Source: Candidatus Multivoradales bacterium
GTDB lineage: Bacteria > Acidobacteriota > Thermoanaerobaculia > Multivoradales > J023
Assembly: GCA_965248925.1 (NCBI GenBank)
Contig: CBDFLE010000006.1
Location: forward strand, 4,192,001-4,256,000
Direction: 5' to 3'
Length of the DNA stretch: 64,000 nt
Part shown: positions 40,900 to 52,077 of the stretch, one piece after another
How positions within the stretch are numbered: the first letter of the stretch is position 1
How the letters are laid out: every line of letters starts with the position of its first letter
Notes under the pieces: generated by a model
What the model saw: only the letters and a program-made list of their open reading frames with translations
Databases searched by the model: none
Told to the model about the DNA's origin: nothing
Made by a program: the position numbers and the translations under genes

Positions 40900-41976
40900 A
40901 TGGGACTGCTGGACTTCATCAAGGGCGAGTTGCTCGAGATCATCGAGTGGACGGACGATTCGCGCGACATCCTGTCGTACCGTTTTCCGGACCAGGATCA
41001 CGCGATCAAAAACGGCGCGGCGCTGATCGTTCGCGAATCTCAGGTCGTGCAGCTGGTTTATCTTGGCCAGTTTGGCGACACCTTCCGGCCCGGCAAGCAC
41101 GAGCTGGCGACCGCCAATATTCCGATTCTGACCCGCTTGAAGTCGTGGAAGTACGGCTTCGAGTCGCCGTTCAAGGTCGACGTGTACTACATCAACACGC
41201 GACTCTTCACCGGCAACAAATGGGGCACCTCGAACCCGATCATGATGCGCGACAAGGACTTCGGCATCGTCCGGGTGCGCTCCTTCGGCACTTATGACTT
41301 CCGCATTGTCGATCCGCAACTATTCCTCAAGGAGGTTGCCGGCTCCGACCACAACTTCCGTCTCGATGAATTCTCAGACACCATGCGCTCGCGCATCGTG
41401 TCGATGTTCTCCGACGCCCTGGCCACCGCCAATGTGCCGGTGATGGACGCGGCGACTCGCTACACCGAACTCGGTGAGGCCCTGCTACCACTGATCAATC
41501 CGGCGATGCAGGCCAAATACGGTATCGAGATCACCAGCTTCATTCTTGAGAACGTATCGGTGCCGAAGGCGGTCGAGGAGGCGATCGACAAGCGCTCGTC
41601 GATGGCGGCGGTGGGAGATTTGAACGACTACGTCAAGTTCCAGATGGCCGAGGGCATGGCATCCGGCGGCGGCGGTGCCGGTGGGATGGCTACTGAGTTG
41701 GCGGTGGGCATGGCGATCGCCCAGCAGATGGTGCAGCAGCAGGGGGGCACCCTACTTGGCGGCGGCGCCACCCAAGCGGTGGCTGGCCCGGCGCCAGCGG
41801 CGGCGACTCCAGCCCTGCCCGAACTGATGACTCCGGCGCAGGTAGCGCAGGCGCTGGCGGTGTCCGAGGAGGATGTGATGTCAATCATCAGCTCCGGTGA
41901 ACTCAAAGCGAAGAAGATCGGCTCCTCCCACCGAATCAAGAAGTCCTCTCTCGACGCCTACCTGGCGGCCGAGTGA
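40900..41976 (+). CDS. SPFH/band-7 (YdjI-like) protein with C-terminal excisionase-type HTH
   Basis: LIVRESQ..KWGT.NPI.MRD..FG.VR.R.FG; tail LMTPAQVAQAL.VSE...GELKAKKIG..RI. Confidence 0.88.
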   Translation: MGLLDFIKGELLEIIEWTDDSRDILSYRFPDQDHAIKNGAALIVRESQVVQLVYLGQFGDTFRPGKHELATANIPILTRLKSWKYGFESPFKVDVYYINTRLFTGNKWGTSNPIMMRDKDFGIVRVRSFGTYDFRIVDPQLFLKEVAGSDHNFRLDEFSDTMRSRIVSMFSDALATANVPVMDAATRYTELGEALLPLINPAMQAKYGIEITSFILENVSVPKAVEEAIDKRSSMAAVGDLNDYVKFQMAEGMASGGGGAGGMATELAVGMAIAQQMVQQQGGTLLGGGATQAVAGPAPAAATPALPELMTPAQVAQALAVSEEDVMSIISSGELKAKKIGSSHRIKKSSLDAYLAAE

Positions 41977-41998
41977 CCTCGGTTGCCGGCGACAGAGC

Positions 41999-43093
41999 AT
42001 GACCGAGGTCACTGCTCTCAAGAAACACTCCTGCGCCGCCTGTGGGGCGCAGGCGGTGTGGAGTCCGTCGAAGTCCGCCCTGGTGTGCTCCTACTGCGGC
42101 ACCGAGGCCCCCGGCGAACTCGACCAAGACAGCGGCAATATCCGCGAGATACCGCTGGTCCAAACCCTGCGTCAGCTTCCCGATGAGTTGCGCGGTTGGC
42201 AGACGGAGAAACGCACCGTCCGCTGCCGCAGCTGTCAGGCGACCTCGGTCTTCGACCCCGATCGGGTAGGACAGCAATGCGATTTCTGCGGCTCACCCGA
42301 ATTGGTCGACTACGACGAGATCAAAGCGCCGATCAGGCCGCAGAGCCTGCTGCCGTTCAAATTCGACCAAGCTCGGGTTCGCGAATCCCTACGTCGCTGG
42401 TATGCCTCCAAGTGGTTCGCCCCCGGCAAGCTCAAGAAGAGCGCCTTAGTCGATACCGTCCACGGCGTCTACCTGCCGTATTGGACCTTCGATTCGCAAG
42501 TTCACTGCCGCTGGTGGGCCGACTCGGGCACCTATTACTACGTGCAAGAAAGTTATCGCGACAAAGATGGCAAGCGGCGCAGTCGGTCGGTGCGCAAGGT
42601 GCGTTGGCGGCCAGCCGCGGGCGAGATCGATCACTTTTTCGACGACGAGCCGATCCCCGGCAGCCAAGGGGTCGAACTCGGTCTATTGCGAGCCGTCGAG
42701 CCCTTTCCCACCAACGACCTGGTGCCCTATGACACCGCCTACCTGTCGGGTTTCGTAGTCGAGCACTACAAGGTAGTTCTGTTCGATGCCGCCCAATCCG
42801 CCGAGCAGGCGATGGCGGGCAAGCTGCGCTCCCTCTGTGGCCGCCAAGTTCCCGGCGATACCCACCGCAATCTGCGCATCGACCCCAAGCATAGCGAGCA
42901 GACGTTCAAGCACATCCTGGTGCCGGCTTGGCTCTTGACCTACGATTACCACGGCAAAGCCTACAAAATGGTGGTCAACGGTTACACGGGCAAGATTGCC
43001 GGCCGTTATCCGAAGAGTCCGTGGAAAATCCTCTTCGTGGTGCTGCTGGCGTTGTTGGTGATAGTGATGTTTGTTGTTTTTGCTGGCCGCTAG
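41999..43093 (+). CDS. zinc-ribbon membrane protein
   Basis: Four CxxC pairs, YLPYWTFD, VNGYTGK, C-terminal TM. Confidence 0.85.
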   Translation: MTEVTALKKHSCAACGAQAVWSPSKSALVCSYCGTEAPGELDQDSGNIREIPLVQTLRQLPDELRGWQTEKRTVRCRSCQATSVFDPDRVGQQCDFCGSPELVDYDEIKAPIRPQSLLPFKFDQARVRESLRRWYASKWFAPGKLKKSALVDTVHGVYLPYWTFDSQVHCRWWADSGTYYYVQESYRDKDGKRRSRSVRKVRWRPAAGEIDHFFDDEPIPGSQGVELGLLRAVEPFPTNDLVPYDTAYLSGFVVEHYKVVLFDAAQSAEQAMAGKLRSLCGRQVPGDTHRNLRIDPKHSEQTFKHILVPAWLLTYDYHGKAYKMVVNGYTGKIAGRYPKSPWKILFVVLLALLVIVMFVVFAGR

Positions 43094-43175
43094 AGAGAAG
43101 CGCCTGCGGTGGCGGATCATGGCGCTTAGCTTCAGATAGCGGCCGACCCCAGGCCGGCCGCTGCGCGAAGTAGGT

Positions 43176-43577
43176 CTAGCGGTAGACTCGGGAGCACCTC
43201 TGGGTGGCCATTCCTGAGCAATTCTGGAAATTCACTATTTCGAGATTTCTAATGGGAAGGCGGTAAGTCTGGACTCTCTGGCATTGCCCGCCGCCAGGGT
43301 TGATGGTGTATTCCCAGAAGTAACCGCGGCTGGGGTCGTAGGCGAGGGTGGACTTCTTTGTGTCGGCGCGCTTACCCCGTTCCTTGATAATGCTGGTGCC
43401 GCGGCGCAGCACGCCCTGGTCGGCGTGGGCGAACTTGACCCACTCCCAGTCGCCGCCTGAGCAGAAGTATTTGACATTAGCCGGTGCCGGTGGGGTGTTG
43501 GCGGCGAAGGCGGCGAGAGTGCCGCCGAGGGCAAGTAGGAGGGCCAGGGTGAGGGTCAGAGTCAGCTTCTGGGTCAT
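43176..43577 (-). CDS. small secreted protein with 4 Cys
   Basis: AAGGAG RBS, signal peptide ..LAAFA. Confidence 0.7.
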   Translation of the reverse strand: MTQKLTLTLTLALLLALGGTLAAFAANTPPAPANVKYFCSGGDWEWVKFAHADQGVLRRGTSIIKERGKRADTKKSTLAYDPSRGYFWEYTINPGGGQCQRVQTYRLPIRNLEIVNFQNCSGMATQRCSRVYR

Positions 43578-44181
43578 GAGATCGCTCCTTCGAAAATTGG
43601 CTTAGGCACTGAGTAGTACCTTTCCTTGGGTTTCGGAAGTCTCAAATCCAAGCCGCTGCTGAATGTTTAGGATCTCTTGTGATCGACAGGTCTTATCTGA
43701 TCATTGGCGAGATCGACTTGTCGACGACCCGCGATCAGGGTCATAGGTGTTTGTCGCGGCTAAACCTTGGTTATGGATTGACATTGGCGCGAAGATCCCA
43801 TCCAGACCTGTGTTTGAAGTTCGTTGGTTTTCGGGCGTCCTTGGCAGCACGCTCGACCGCTTCACGCACCGCCAAGTGGATGGCTTGAGTCTCTGGTGGG
43901 ATCCGGCGCAGCCGCATGAATCTGGCGAGGTCTGTCGAATTGGGGATGGAGGTGGAACTTGAGCAGTGCCATAGCCAGACCGTATACCGGGAGGGGCTTG
44001 GCGCCTTCGTTTCCAGCGACGCAGCACCGAGGCTAGGGTCTCTCTTCTGGGACTACCTCGAAGTTGGGTTATATTGGGCGAGAGATGCAGCTCGATCCAG
44101 GTCGAATCGTTCGACGAAGACCTGCCTCGGGGGGGGCTGGGAAGGGCACAACACCACCACTTCTCTTTGGGGGAAAACACC

Positions 44182-44955
44182 ATGCTGGGGACCGCATCGC
44201 TTGTTGCGCTTTCGTTCCGCCGCCGGCAATTGCCGGTATTGACGATTTTCTTCCTGCTGCTGGGCTGCGCTTGGCCGCTGTTGGCCGGTAGCACCCAGGT
44301 TGACGAGGCCAACACCGACTGGGGCTTTCTGCCCGAGGGCGGCACGCCGACCTTTGCCTTCGCCGCCGGTCCGGCGACACCGCCGCTGGGTGGTGGGAGC
44401 GTCGGTTTCCAACTCACCAGCACCTCGGACAGTGTTTTGATCGGCACCCTGCTGCACGCGGGCCAGCGCCTCGCCGAGATCACCACCCTCGAGTACAGCA
44501 CCTACCAGAACGTTACGCCGCAAGCCATCGCCCTGCAATTCAATGTCGACTACGACGACCAGGACGGCACGACCAGCTGGCAGGGGAGGCTGGTCTATGA
44601 GCCTTATTACACCGAGACAGTTTTGGTGTCGACCTGGCAGACTTGGAATACGCTAGTGGCGGCTGGCACCGGCAATTGGTGGTCTTCGGGCACCCCGGTG
44701 GTCGGCGACGCGGCCGCTTCCCAAGCCTGCACCCAAGGCAATCCCTGCACCTGGCCGGAGATGATTGCTGCTTACCCCGATATAGCAGTGCATGGAGGTA
44801 TGCTGGGCGGCATGCTGCTCAAGGCCGGCTCAGGCTGGGCCGCGGGCTTCGATGGCTATGCCGATGCTTTGCACATTGCCACTGGGACTTTTGACGAAAC
44901 CTACGATTTCGAGACCAACTTGCCGGTGGAGCTACTCAGCTTCTCGGTGGACTAG
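44182..44955 (+). CDS. secreted beta-sandwich protein ending LPVELLSFSVD
   Basis: Hydrophobic signal, LVYEPYY..WQTWN, terminal YDFE-LPVELLSF. Confidence 0.75.
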   Translation: MLGTASLVALSFRRRQLPVLTIFFLLLGCAWPLLAGSTQVDEANTDWGFLPEGGTPTFAFAAGPATPPLGGGSVGFQLTSTSDSVLIGTLLHAGQRLAEITTLEYSTYQNVTPQAIALQFNVDYDDQDGTTSWQGRLVYEPYYTETVLVSTWQTWNTLVAAGTGNWWSSGTPVVGDAAASQACTQGNPCTWPEMIAAYPDIAVHGGMLGGMLLKAGSGWAAGFDGYADALHIATGTFDETYDFETNLPVELLSFSVD

Positions 44956-45050
44956 CAGCGCCCCGAGGCTCTCGCGGTGCTGCCGCTGCTGGCTCGGTAA
45001 TGTCGAGTCCCTGGCGGTGGTGTTGCTGGCGGCTTGTTAGGCGCTCTGTT

Positions 45051-45614
45051 TCAGGCTCGGCTGTCCCAGAGAATATCGCCGCTGCCACGGTGGAGATTTT
45101 CCCAGCGGGCCATCACGAAGAGGGCGTCGGAGAGGCGGTTAAGGTAGTGAACGGTGAACTCTCCCACCGCCTCTTGCCGCGCCAAGCTGACCAAACGACG
45201 CTCGGCTCGGCGGCAGATGGTGCGGCCGAGGTGCAGCTGAGCGGCTCCCAGGCTGCCCCCTGGAAGGATGAAGTTGGCCAGGGGTTCTAGTTGCTCGGCG
45301 AGCTGGTCCATCAGCTGCTCGAGGGCTGCGACGTGGCGCGATTCGATCTGCGGCGTCGGCAAGCGAGCCTTGTCCTCTTGCAGAATGCACAGGTCGGATC
45401 CGAGGTGAAAAAGGTCGTTTTGGATCCCTTGCATGGGCTCGATCAGACTCTCTTCGAGTCCTACAGCGAGGGCCACTCCCAATTGTGAACTCAGCTCGTC
45501 AACGGTGCCGTAGGCCCGAACCCGCAAGGCGTCTTTGGCGATTCTCTGGCCACCGCCGAGGCCGGTGGTGCCGTCGTCGCCGGTGCGGGTGTAGACCTTC
45601 GTGATACGCGGCAT
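45051..45614 (-). CDS. PduO-type ATP:cob(I)alamin adenosyltransferase
   Basis: [42 protein letters not shown]. Confidence 0.93.
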   Translation of the reverse strand: MPRITKVYTRTGDDGTTGLGGGQRIAKDALRVRAYGTVDELSSQLGVALAVGLEESLIEPMQGIQNDLFHLGSDLCILQEDKARLPTPQIESRHVAALEQLMDQLAEQLEPLANFILPGGSLGAAQLHLGRTICRRAERRLVSLARQEAVGEFTVHYLNRLSDALFVMARWENLHRGSGDILWDSRA

Positions 45615-45827
45615 GGATAGGTTCCTCGACGATTCACTCTTCAGCAGTTTGTAGAGACCGGCCCGTTGGAGTTCTTCCGCGGTTCTTTGCAGGCGCTGCA
45701 GGACGATTAGGCGCTCTTCGGGAGTCTTCTTCAAGTTCTCGCGGATCAAAGAAAGGTCTACATCTTTGCGATATAGATCGATGATGTCGTCGATCGAGCT
45801 ACGGGTCGTTGGGTCTTGGATAGACAT
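45615..45827 (-). CDS. small helical protein reading in frame into the PduO gene
   Basis: [40 protein letters not shown]; no stop before the PduO ATG. Confidence 0.5.
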
Positions 45828-45889
45828 CTCGATACCATTCGAGCGGACCCACAAGACCCGTGTTGCACTGTTGGCAAGTGGCGACCGAT

Positions 45890-48511
45890 TCAACTGCCGG
45901 GGTCGGCGGCGAAGGCGGTGGTGTCGGCGGCGCCACAAGTATCCTCCGGCGAGCGCTCGTAGGTGCGCCGGTCACCGGTGACCGTATCGGTCACTGTCAA
46001 GCGGTAGCCGAGGGTCGAAAGACTATCCCAGAAGAGCCAGAAATGACCGTTGTTGGTCCGCCCGTCGATCATTTTCACCACCAGCTCGGGGAAATCGAGG
46101 CGGAAGTACCAGAAGTAGCCGGCAGCCGGCTCTAGCCGCACAGCTCGCCCGGCCCCGCTGCTGTTGCCGGCGAATTGATTGGTGTACTCGACCCGAATTG
46201 CGAATCGACCGTCGAGCAAGCAGAGCGTGCCAGTGGCGCTGACGCAGCTGCCAGCAGTCGATTTGTCCGTTGTGGCAGTGGGCAGGTGGGGCTCGACGAT
46301 CAGGGCCGAGAGATCGACCACTGCCTTGCCGAGTATGGCCTGAGCTGGTGCGGCGGCCGGGAAGGCGGCAGTGTCTGTGACCCCACAGGTGCTGCCAGCC
46401 GGGCTGAGGTAGGTCCGTTCCAGCCCAGTTGCGGTGTCGCGCAGGGTCAGAGTGGTTGCGATATCGGTGAGACCGCCGGTGAACACCCAGAAGTGATCGT
46501 TGAACGAACGACCGTCGGCCACCCGCACGGTGAGGTCGGGAAGCTGCCGATCGAAGAGCCAGAAATTGCCGGTGGGGTCACTGTCGGGCGTGGCATGGCC
46601 GCGGCCGCGGGTATTGCCAGAATGCTGATTAGTGTACTCCAGGCTGGCCTCGAAGCGACCGCCGGAGAGGCAGAGGTGGTGCTCGTCGACCCTGCACTCA
46701 GCGTTGCTGGCGAAGGTGGTAGCGGCCGCCTCCTTGCTGCTCGGTGAGCCGCCAAAGGCGTTGGCCGCGCGCACTCTGAAGGTGTAGGTGGTCAGTGGGT
46801 CGAGGCCGCTGATGTCGACCACTTCGGTTTGTGGCGGTAGTAAGGCGGGGATCTCTACCCACGGGCCGGTAATTCGTACTTCGAGGCGGAAGCCATTCTC
46901 GTCCCCAGAGTTGTCTTGCCAGCGCAAGCGTAGGCGGCGATCTGACAAGGGCGCCAAGCGCAGGTTGTTGGGTGCCGCGGGTCGCTGATCCGCAGGCGTG
47001 GTGACCCTCGCGGTGGTCGAATATCCTGACGCGCCGCTGGCATTCTGGGCCACCACACGATACGTGTATTGGGTGGCGGCTTGGCGGTCGCTGTCGGTGA
47101 AAGAGCCTTGCCCAGCGCCAGTGGTACCGATGGTGCGAAAGCTTCCTTTGGAGCGGCGTTCGATGCGGAAGTTGCTCTCTGAGGAAGAACGATCTCGCCA
47201 GTTTAGCTGCACCGTGTTAGGCCCGGTCGCCTTGGCCCTCAAGTCGCTGGGGCGCTTGGGGCGAGGCGTGCTGGAGGTGGGGTCGCCGTACAGGTAGTAG
47301 AGTCCGGCCAAGTCGTCGACCGTGAAGGCGGCGCCGCGACCGTCGTCGTGCAGATTGGCGTACATCAACGCGTCTTCGACCGCTGGATGGCCCAAGCCCA
47401 GGGTGTGGCCAACCTCGTGGCCGAGCAGTTCCGCGATGGCCCGCGATGGCCTGCGACTGATCCTGACCAAGAGGTCGAGACCGTCTTGAAGAATGATGTC
47501 GGCCTCGATCGCCGGATGAAAGAGACGGTTGCGAAACGGTCGCGGTATGCAGGAGAACCAGGGGCCGCCGAGGGCTAGCACGCCGGTGCCGTCGAAGGTC
47601 CCCGGCAGGGTACCGTTGGGATCACCGAACAACACAGTGTTGAAGCCGTCCGGGCCAAGGAAGCCGCCGCTAGCGCCGACGGTGCCGCCATAGAAATAGC
47701 TCACCGTGGAGTTCGGGTCGCTCGACCAGGTGCGCAACGCTCGCCGCAACTCGTCGATACCGCCAGCTTCGAAGCCGGCGAGGTTGCGGCTTGAGCTATA
47801 CCAAGTCTCGCTCTGTTCGCCGAAGCCGAACCACCGCACCTCGTGACCGCCATTGGCGCCGCAACCCACGGGCAACGGCTCGGTGCTACTGCGGATAGTG
47901 GCGAACTTCGCTGTTACCGGCACGGCCGTCTCTGGCATGAGGTAGTCCGGCGGTTGCAAGTGCCCGTGGCTGAGTTGGCTGAGCCAAGCGATAAAGCGGG
48001 CCGCGTGGCGGGGGCCATCGGCGACTTTCTTGGCGCCGTCCGGTGTCCACTCCCGTGCCGCGCCGAGGTCACGCAGAGCGACCTTGCCGGCGTTGCCGAC
48101 CACCAAGCGAAAAGCGCCGAGCATCAGCTGCTGCGGCATGTAGACACCACCCGGCTGGCGGTGCAAGAAGAACAGCACTTCCTCACCGCGGCTAAAGCTC
48201 GGCATGCCGAAGATCTTCAACCCCAGACCATCAGCGCGGACTCCGCCCGGCAGCCGCACTCGCAGGCGGTCGCCTTTGGCAACCGCGGCTCCCTTGATCA
48301 CCCGGTCGACATCCAGACGGTAGTCCACCGCCGGCAGCCCACCGAGCTCAGCCGGCAGGATATCGACGATCCGTCCACTGACGATCAGCGGTGACTGCTG
48401 GGCGAGTGCCGCGTCGCTAAGGCGAATGAAGGTGGTGGCTTGTGCCCCGCCGCTGGGCCAAAATATGGCCAAACACATAAGGACGGCGAAAGTGGGCGTG
48501 GATGGTTTCAT
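45890..48511 (-). CDS. secreted metzincin (matrixin/M10-like) with two FN3 domains and two C-terminal LCLxxGRF repeats
   Basis: [11 protein letters not shown] + Met-turn ALMYA; W.D.S..E..FR.E FN3 x2. Confidence 0.88.
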   Translation of the reverse strand: MKPSTPTFAVLMCLAIFWPSGGAQATTFIRLSDAALAQQSPLIVSGRIVDILPAELGGLPAVDYRLDVDRVIKGAAVAKGDRLRVRLPGGVRADGLGLKIFGMPSFSRGEEVLFFLHRQPGGVYMPQQLMLGAFRLVVGNAGKVALRDLGAAREWTPDGAKKVADGPRHAARFIAWLSQLSHGHLQPPDYLMPETAVPVTAKFATIRSSTEPLPVGCGANGGHEVRWFGFGEQSETWYSSSRNLAGFEAGGIDELRRALRTWSSDPNSTVSYFYGGTVGASGGFLGPDGFNTVLFGDPNGTLPGTFDGTGVLALGGPWFSCIPRPFRNRLFHPAIEADIILQDGLDLLVRISRRPSRAIAELLGHEVGHTLGLGHPAVEDALMYANLHDDGRGAAFTVDDLAGLYYLYGDPTSSTPRPKRPSDLRAKATGPNTVQLNWRDRSSSESNFRIERRSKGSFRTIGTTGAGQGSFTDSDRQAATQYTYRVVAQNASGASGYSTTARVTTPADQRPAAPNNLRLAPLSDRRLRLRWQDNSGDENGFRLEVRITGPWVEIPALLPPQTEVVDISGLDPLTTYTFRVRAANAFGGSPSSKEAAATTFASNAECRVDEHHLCLSGGRFEASLEYTNQHSGNTRGRGHATPDSDPTGNFWLFDRQLPDLTVRVADGRSFNDHFWVFTGGLTDIATTLTLRDTATGLERTYLSPAGSTCGVTDTAAFPAAAPAQAILGKAVVDLSALIVEPHLPTATTDKSTAGSCVSATGTLCLLDGRFAIRVEYTNQFAGNSSGAGRAVRLEPAAGYFWYFRLDFPELVVKMIDGRTNNGHFWLFWDSLSTLGYRLTVTDTVTGDRRTYERSPEDTCGAADTTAFAADPGS

Positions 48512-48663
48512 GGGTAAATATGGCTGGTGCTGAGGGCCTTCATTCGTTGGCAGCCGGTGAATGTTCCCATAGCATAACAGGTAAAGCAGAAGATCTCTCG
48601 CGGCAGTTCCTTTGCTTGTTCTTGCGGCCCTCTCGTTTGGCTGGGCCAGACCCTGTGGCACGA

Positions 48664-49848
48664 TCAGTAGCGGCTGGGTGGCGGAACTCGTCGTCGCACC
48701 GGCTCGCCGGCCACCGCGGTGCGGTTGCGGCCAGTCTCCTTGGCGACGTACATGGCGGTGTCGGCGAGTCGCACCAGGTTGCTCTTGGCCGCCTCTACGG
48801 ACAGTCCGGGCTCGACGTGGCGTCCCAAGGTGGCAACCCCCACCGAGCAGCTGATGCCGGTCAAGTGCAAGGCTTCGGGCTGGATGTCGCCGGGTTGCTC
48901 GCAGAAGGTGGTTTCGACGATGGTCTGGCGAATCTCCTCGGCTAGATCGAGGGCTCGGTTGAGACTGTAGTGAGGCGCCACGAGCACGAATTCATCGCCG
49001 CCATAGCGGGCCACGGTGGCTCTGTCATCGTCGAGCTGGGAACCGAGTAAAGCTCCTACCTCGCGCAGCACTTGGCTGCCGGCCAAATGGCCGTGGGTGT
49101 CGTTGACTCGTTTGAAGAAGTCAAGATCGAGGAAAAGCACTGCCAGATCGTGGTTTTCCTCCAGTGCTTGACTCACCGAACGGGACAGGGCGAGATGCAG
49201 ATGATGGTCGTTGTACAGGCCGGTCAAGTTGTCCCGCCGCGCCAGCTCTTGGGCGCGGCGGGCGTCGAGAATGTTTTGGATCGAAACCGAGATGTAGCCG
49301 GCGAAGATCTGCAACAAGTTGCGGTCTTGGGGGGTGTAGTCGTCTGAGCCGTGGCGGTTGATCAGCTCCAGCACGCCACACACATTCTGCGCGATCCGCA
49401 CCGGCACCGCCACCAGCGAGCGGGTGCTGTAGGCGGTGATGTTGTCCATCTTGGGGAAGAAGAATTGGTCGCTGGCGACGTTCGACGAGTAGTAGGGCTC
49501 GCCGGTTTGGTAAACGTGGCCGGCAATTCCGCGCTGGGCCGGAATAGCATGGCCGATCAGGGTTTCGGACTTGTCGCCAAATGCGGCCAGGAAAGTGAGC
49601 TGATTGGCGCTGCGCTCGATCTTTTTGTGCAATGGGTTGTCGAGCAAGATCGAGCCGGCGGCCGAGGGAACAAACTCGTTGGCTTTGCGCAGCATGGCTT
49701 CGAGGTTGCCCGCCAGGTCGGTCTCAGAACTCACCGGCAAGCCATGCCGGCGGCGCTCGAGGAAGATCTCCATCGCGGCAGGCTCCAAGCAGTGGATCTT
49801 GATCCGCTGATCGACCTTGGTGGTCGGGCTGTTGGGCTCGTCTGCCAT
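48664..49848 (-). CDS. GAF-GGDEF diguanylate cyclase
   Basis: GIAGHV..GVLELIN GAF; DLDFFK.VND.HGH..G, RYGGDEF, AMYVAK..GRN. Confidence 0.93.
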   Translation of the reverse strand: MADEPNSPTTKVDQRIKIHCLEPAAMEIFLERRRHGLPVSSETDLAGNLEAMLRKANEFVPSAAGSILLDNPLHKKIERSANQLTFLAAFGDKSETLIGHAIPAQRGIAGHVYQTGEPYYSSNVASDQFFFPKMDNITAYSTRSLVAVPVRIAQNVCGVLELINRHGSDDYTPQDRNLLQIFAGYISVSIQNILDARRAQELARRDNLTGLYNDHHLHLALSRSVSQALEENHDLAVLFLDLDFFKRVNDTHGHLAGSQVLREVGALLGSQLDDDRATVARYGGDEFVLVAPHYSLNRALDLAEEIRQTIVETTFCEQPGDIQPEALHLTGISCSVGVATLGRHVEPGLSVEAAKSNLVRLADTAMYVAKETGRNRTAVAGEPVRRRVPPPSRY

Positions 49849-50098
49849 CGGCCTAAAATATCAGAAACCGCCGCATCAACGAAAAGCGGTGTCGAGTTGC
49901 CCCCAGAGTGGGCTCAGCTGGGTCGCCGACCAGGTGCTCCTGTAGCGGATTCGAAGCCGTCTTCGAAGAGTGCGCCGAGGGTGGATACGCGGATCGTGGA
50001 GATGAAGCCGTCCCTCCATCCGCCCACTGGCGATGCCGGCGCGGTATCCTGCCCGCTGTCCCCGGCAAGGGCCGACCCACCGTCCAGCGGAGTCCAAG

Positions 50099-52069
50099 AT
50101 GCAAAGCCTGTGGAACGACCAAGATGCGCTCGAATTTGCCGCCGACCCGTTGGCCCTGCGGGTCTACACCTCGCGCCTGCTCGGCCGGGAGCCGAAGCTG
50201 GTGTTGCACGGCGGCGGCAACACCTCGGTCAAGGCGACGGTAGCCAATCTGTTCGGCGACGAAGAACGCATTCTGTACGTCAAGGGCAGTGGCTGGGATC
50301 TGGAGACCATCGCCGCGCCTGGTTTCGCGCCGGTGCGGCTCGAAGTGTTACGGCGGATGGCCGAGCTGGAGCATTTGAGCGATGCCGAGATGGTTAAGAA
50401 CCAGCGCGCCGCGATGCTTGATCCTTACGCCCCCAACCCATCGGTCGAAGCGATTTTGCACGCCGTCATCCCCTTCGACTTCGTCGACCACAGCCACGCC
50501 GATGCGGTGGTTACGCTGACCAATTCGCCGGCTGGTGAAGAGCTGGTGCGCGAACTCTATGGGCCGCGGATGATGATCGTGCCCTACGTGATGCCTGGCT
50601 TCATTCTCGCCAAGGAAATCTGGCGGATGACCCGTGAGGTCGATTGGCAGAGTCTCGATGGGATGATCTTGATGAATCACGGTGTCTTCACTTTCCACGA
50701 CGACGCTCGCACCAGCTACGAGAAGATGGTGGAGATTGCCGATCGAGCTGAGCGCTACTTGGCCGAGCATGCACCGTTGCCGGAACGAGGGGCGGAGGAG
50801 TCAGAGGTCGATCTGCTGCAGCTGGCACGGATCCGTCGGGCGGTGGCCAAGGCGCGGGGCAGCGCGGTGTTGGCCGAGCTTGACGACGCACCGGGATCGC
50901 GGGCTTTCTCCGCTCGTTCCGAGGTTGCCGAGCTGGCCGGCCGCGGCCCCCTGACCCCCGACCATGTGATCCGCACCAAGCGCGCGGCGGCAATCTTTGA
51001 TACTGACCCCGAGCAGTGCCTGGAGCATTTTGCCGCCGACTATCAGCAGTACTTCGCTGCCCATGACGACGGCAGCTTGACCTGTCTCGACCTGGCGCCA
51101 CGTTGGGCGGTGTGGCCTGGACACGGCACTCTGGCCTTTGGGCGCACCCTGCGAGAGACGGGGATCATCAGCGATATCAAGGCGCACACCCTGGAGGCGA
51201 TCGAACGGGCCGAGTTGCTCGGTGGCTGGACAGCGTTGCCGCAGCGAGACATCTTCGAGATGGAGTATTGGGAACTCGAGCAGGCCAAGTTGCAGAAGGC
51301 CGGAACGGCTCCGCCGCTGCAGGGCAAGGTGGCGTTGGTCAGCGGTGCTGCCAGTGGTATCGGCCGGGCTGCGGTCGAGGCGCTGGGTGCTGCCGGGGCA
51401 GTGGTCGCAGCGCTCGATATCGAACCCGCTATTGTCGAGATGTTCAAGGCGCCAGAAGTCTTGGGCTTGGAGTGTGACGTCACTGACGAGGCGCAGCTGC
51501 GGCGAGCGGTCGAGGCGACGGTGCGGCGCTTCGGCGGTCTCGATACTCTGGTGCTCAACGCCGGCATCTTTCCGCCGAGCGCCAAGATCTCCGATATCGA
51601 CCCGGCGGTCTGGCAGCGCTGTCTGGAGATCAACCTGACCAGCCAGCAGCGACTGATGCAACTGGCCATTCCCTTTTTGCAAGTTGGGCTCGATCCGTCG
51701 ATCATCGTTGTCGCGTCGAAGAACGTACCGGCGCCGGGACTTGGGGCGGCGGCCTACTCGGTGGCCAAGGCTGGGGTGACTCAACTGGCGCGGGTAGCCG
51801 CTCTGGAGCTGGCGCCGAGTGGGGTGCGGGTCAATCTGCTGCATCCCAACGGGGTCTTCGACACTCGTATTTGGAGTCCCGAAGTACTGGCCCAGCGCGC
51901 TGCTCACTACGGCCTCGGCGTCGAGGAGTACAAGCGCAACAACCTGCTCGGGGTCGAAGTTACTTCGCGCGATGTGGCCGAGCTGGTAGTGGTGTTGGCT
52001 GGTCCACTTTTCGCCAAGACCACCGGTGCCCAGCTGCCGGTGGATGGTGGCAACGAAAGGGTGGTGTGA
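50099..52069 (+). CDS. bifunctional class II aldolase / short-chain dehydrogenase
   Basis: HGGGNTSVK, KGSGWDL, PSVE..LH, EYWELEQAKL, GAASGIG, YSVAK. Confidence 0.93.
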   Translation: MQSLWNDQDALEFAADPLALRVYTSRLLGREPKLVLHGGGNTSVKATVANLFGDEERILYVKGSGWDLETIAAPGFAPVRLEVLRRMAELEHLSDAEMVKNQRAAMLDPYAPNPSVEAILHAVIPFDFVDHSHADAVVTLTNSPAGEELVRELYGPRMMIVPYVMPGFILAKEIWRMTREVDWQSLDGMILMNHGVFTFHDDARTSYEKMVEIADRAERYLAEHAPLPERGAEESEVDLLQLARIRRAVAKARGSAVLAELDDAPGSRAFSARSEVAELAGRGPLTPDHVIRTKRAAAIFDTDPEQCLEHFAADYQQYFAAHDDGSLTCLDLAPRWAVWPGHGTLAFGRTLRETGIISDIKAHTLEAIERAELLGGWTALPQRDIFEMEYWELEQAKLQKAGTAPPLQGKVALVSGAASGIGRAAVEALGAAGAVVAALDIEPAIVEMFKAPEVLGLECDVTDEAQLRRAVEATVRRFGGLDTLVLNAGIFPPSAKISDIDPAVWQRCLEINLTSQQRLMQLAIPFLQVGLDPSIIVVASKNVPAPGLGAAAYSVAKAGVTQLARVAALELAPSGVRVNLLHPNGVFDTRIWSPEVLAQRAAHYGLGVEEYKRNNLLGVEVTSRDVAELVVVLAGPLFAKTTGAQLPVDGGNERVV

Positions 52070-52077
52070 GGTAGGTC

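Noticed and set aside
43600-44180. Short ORFs or ncRNA in the intergenic region
   Set aside because: No motif, RBS-supported ORF or convincing structure seen.
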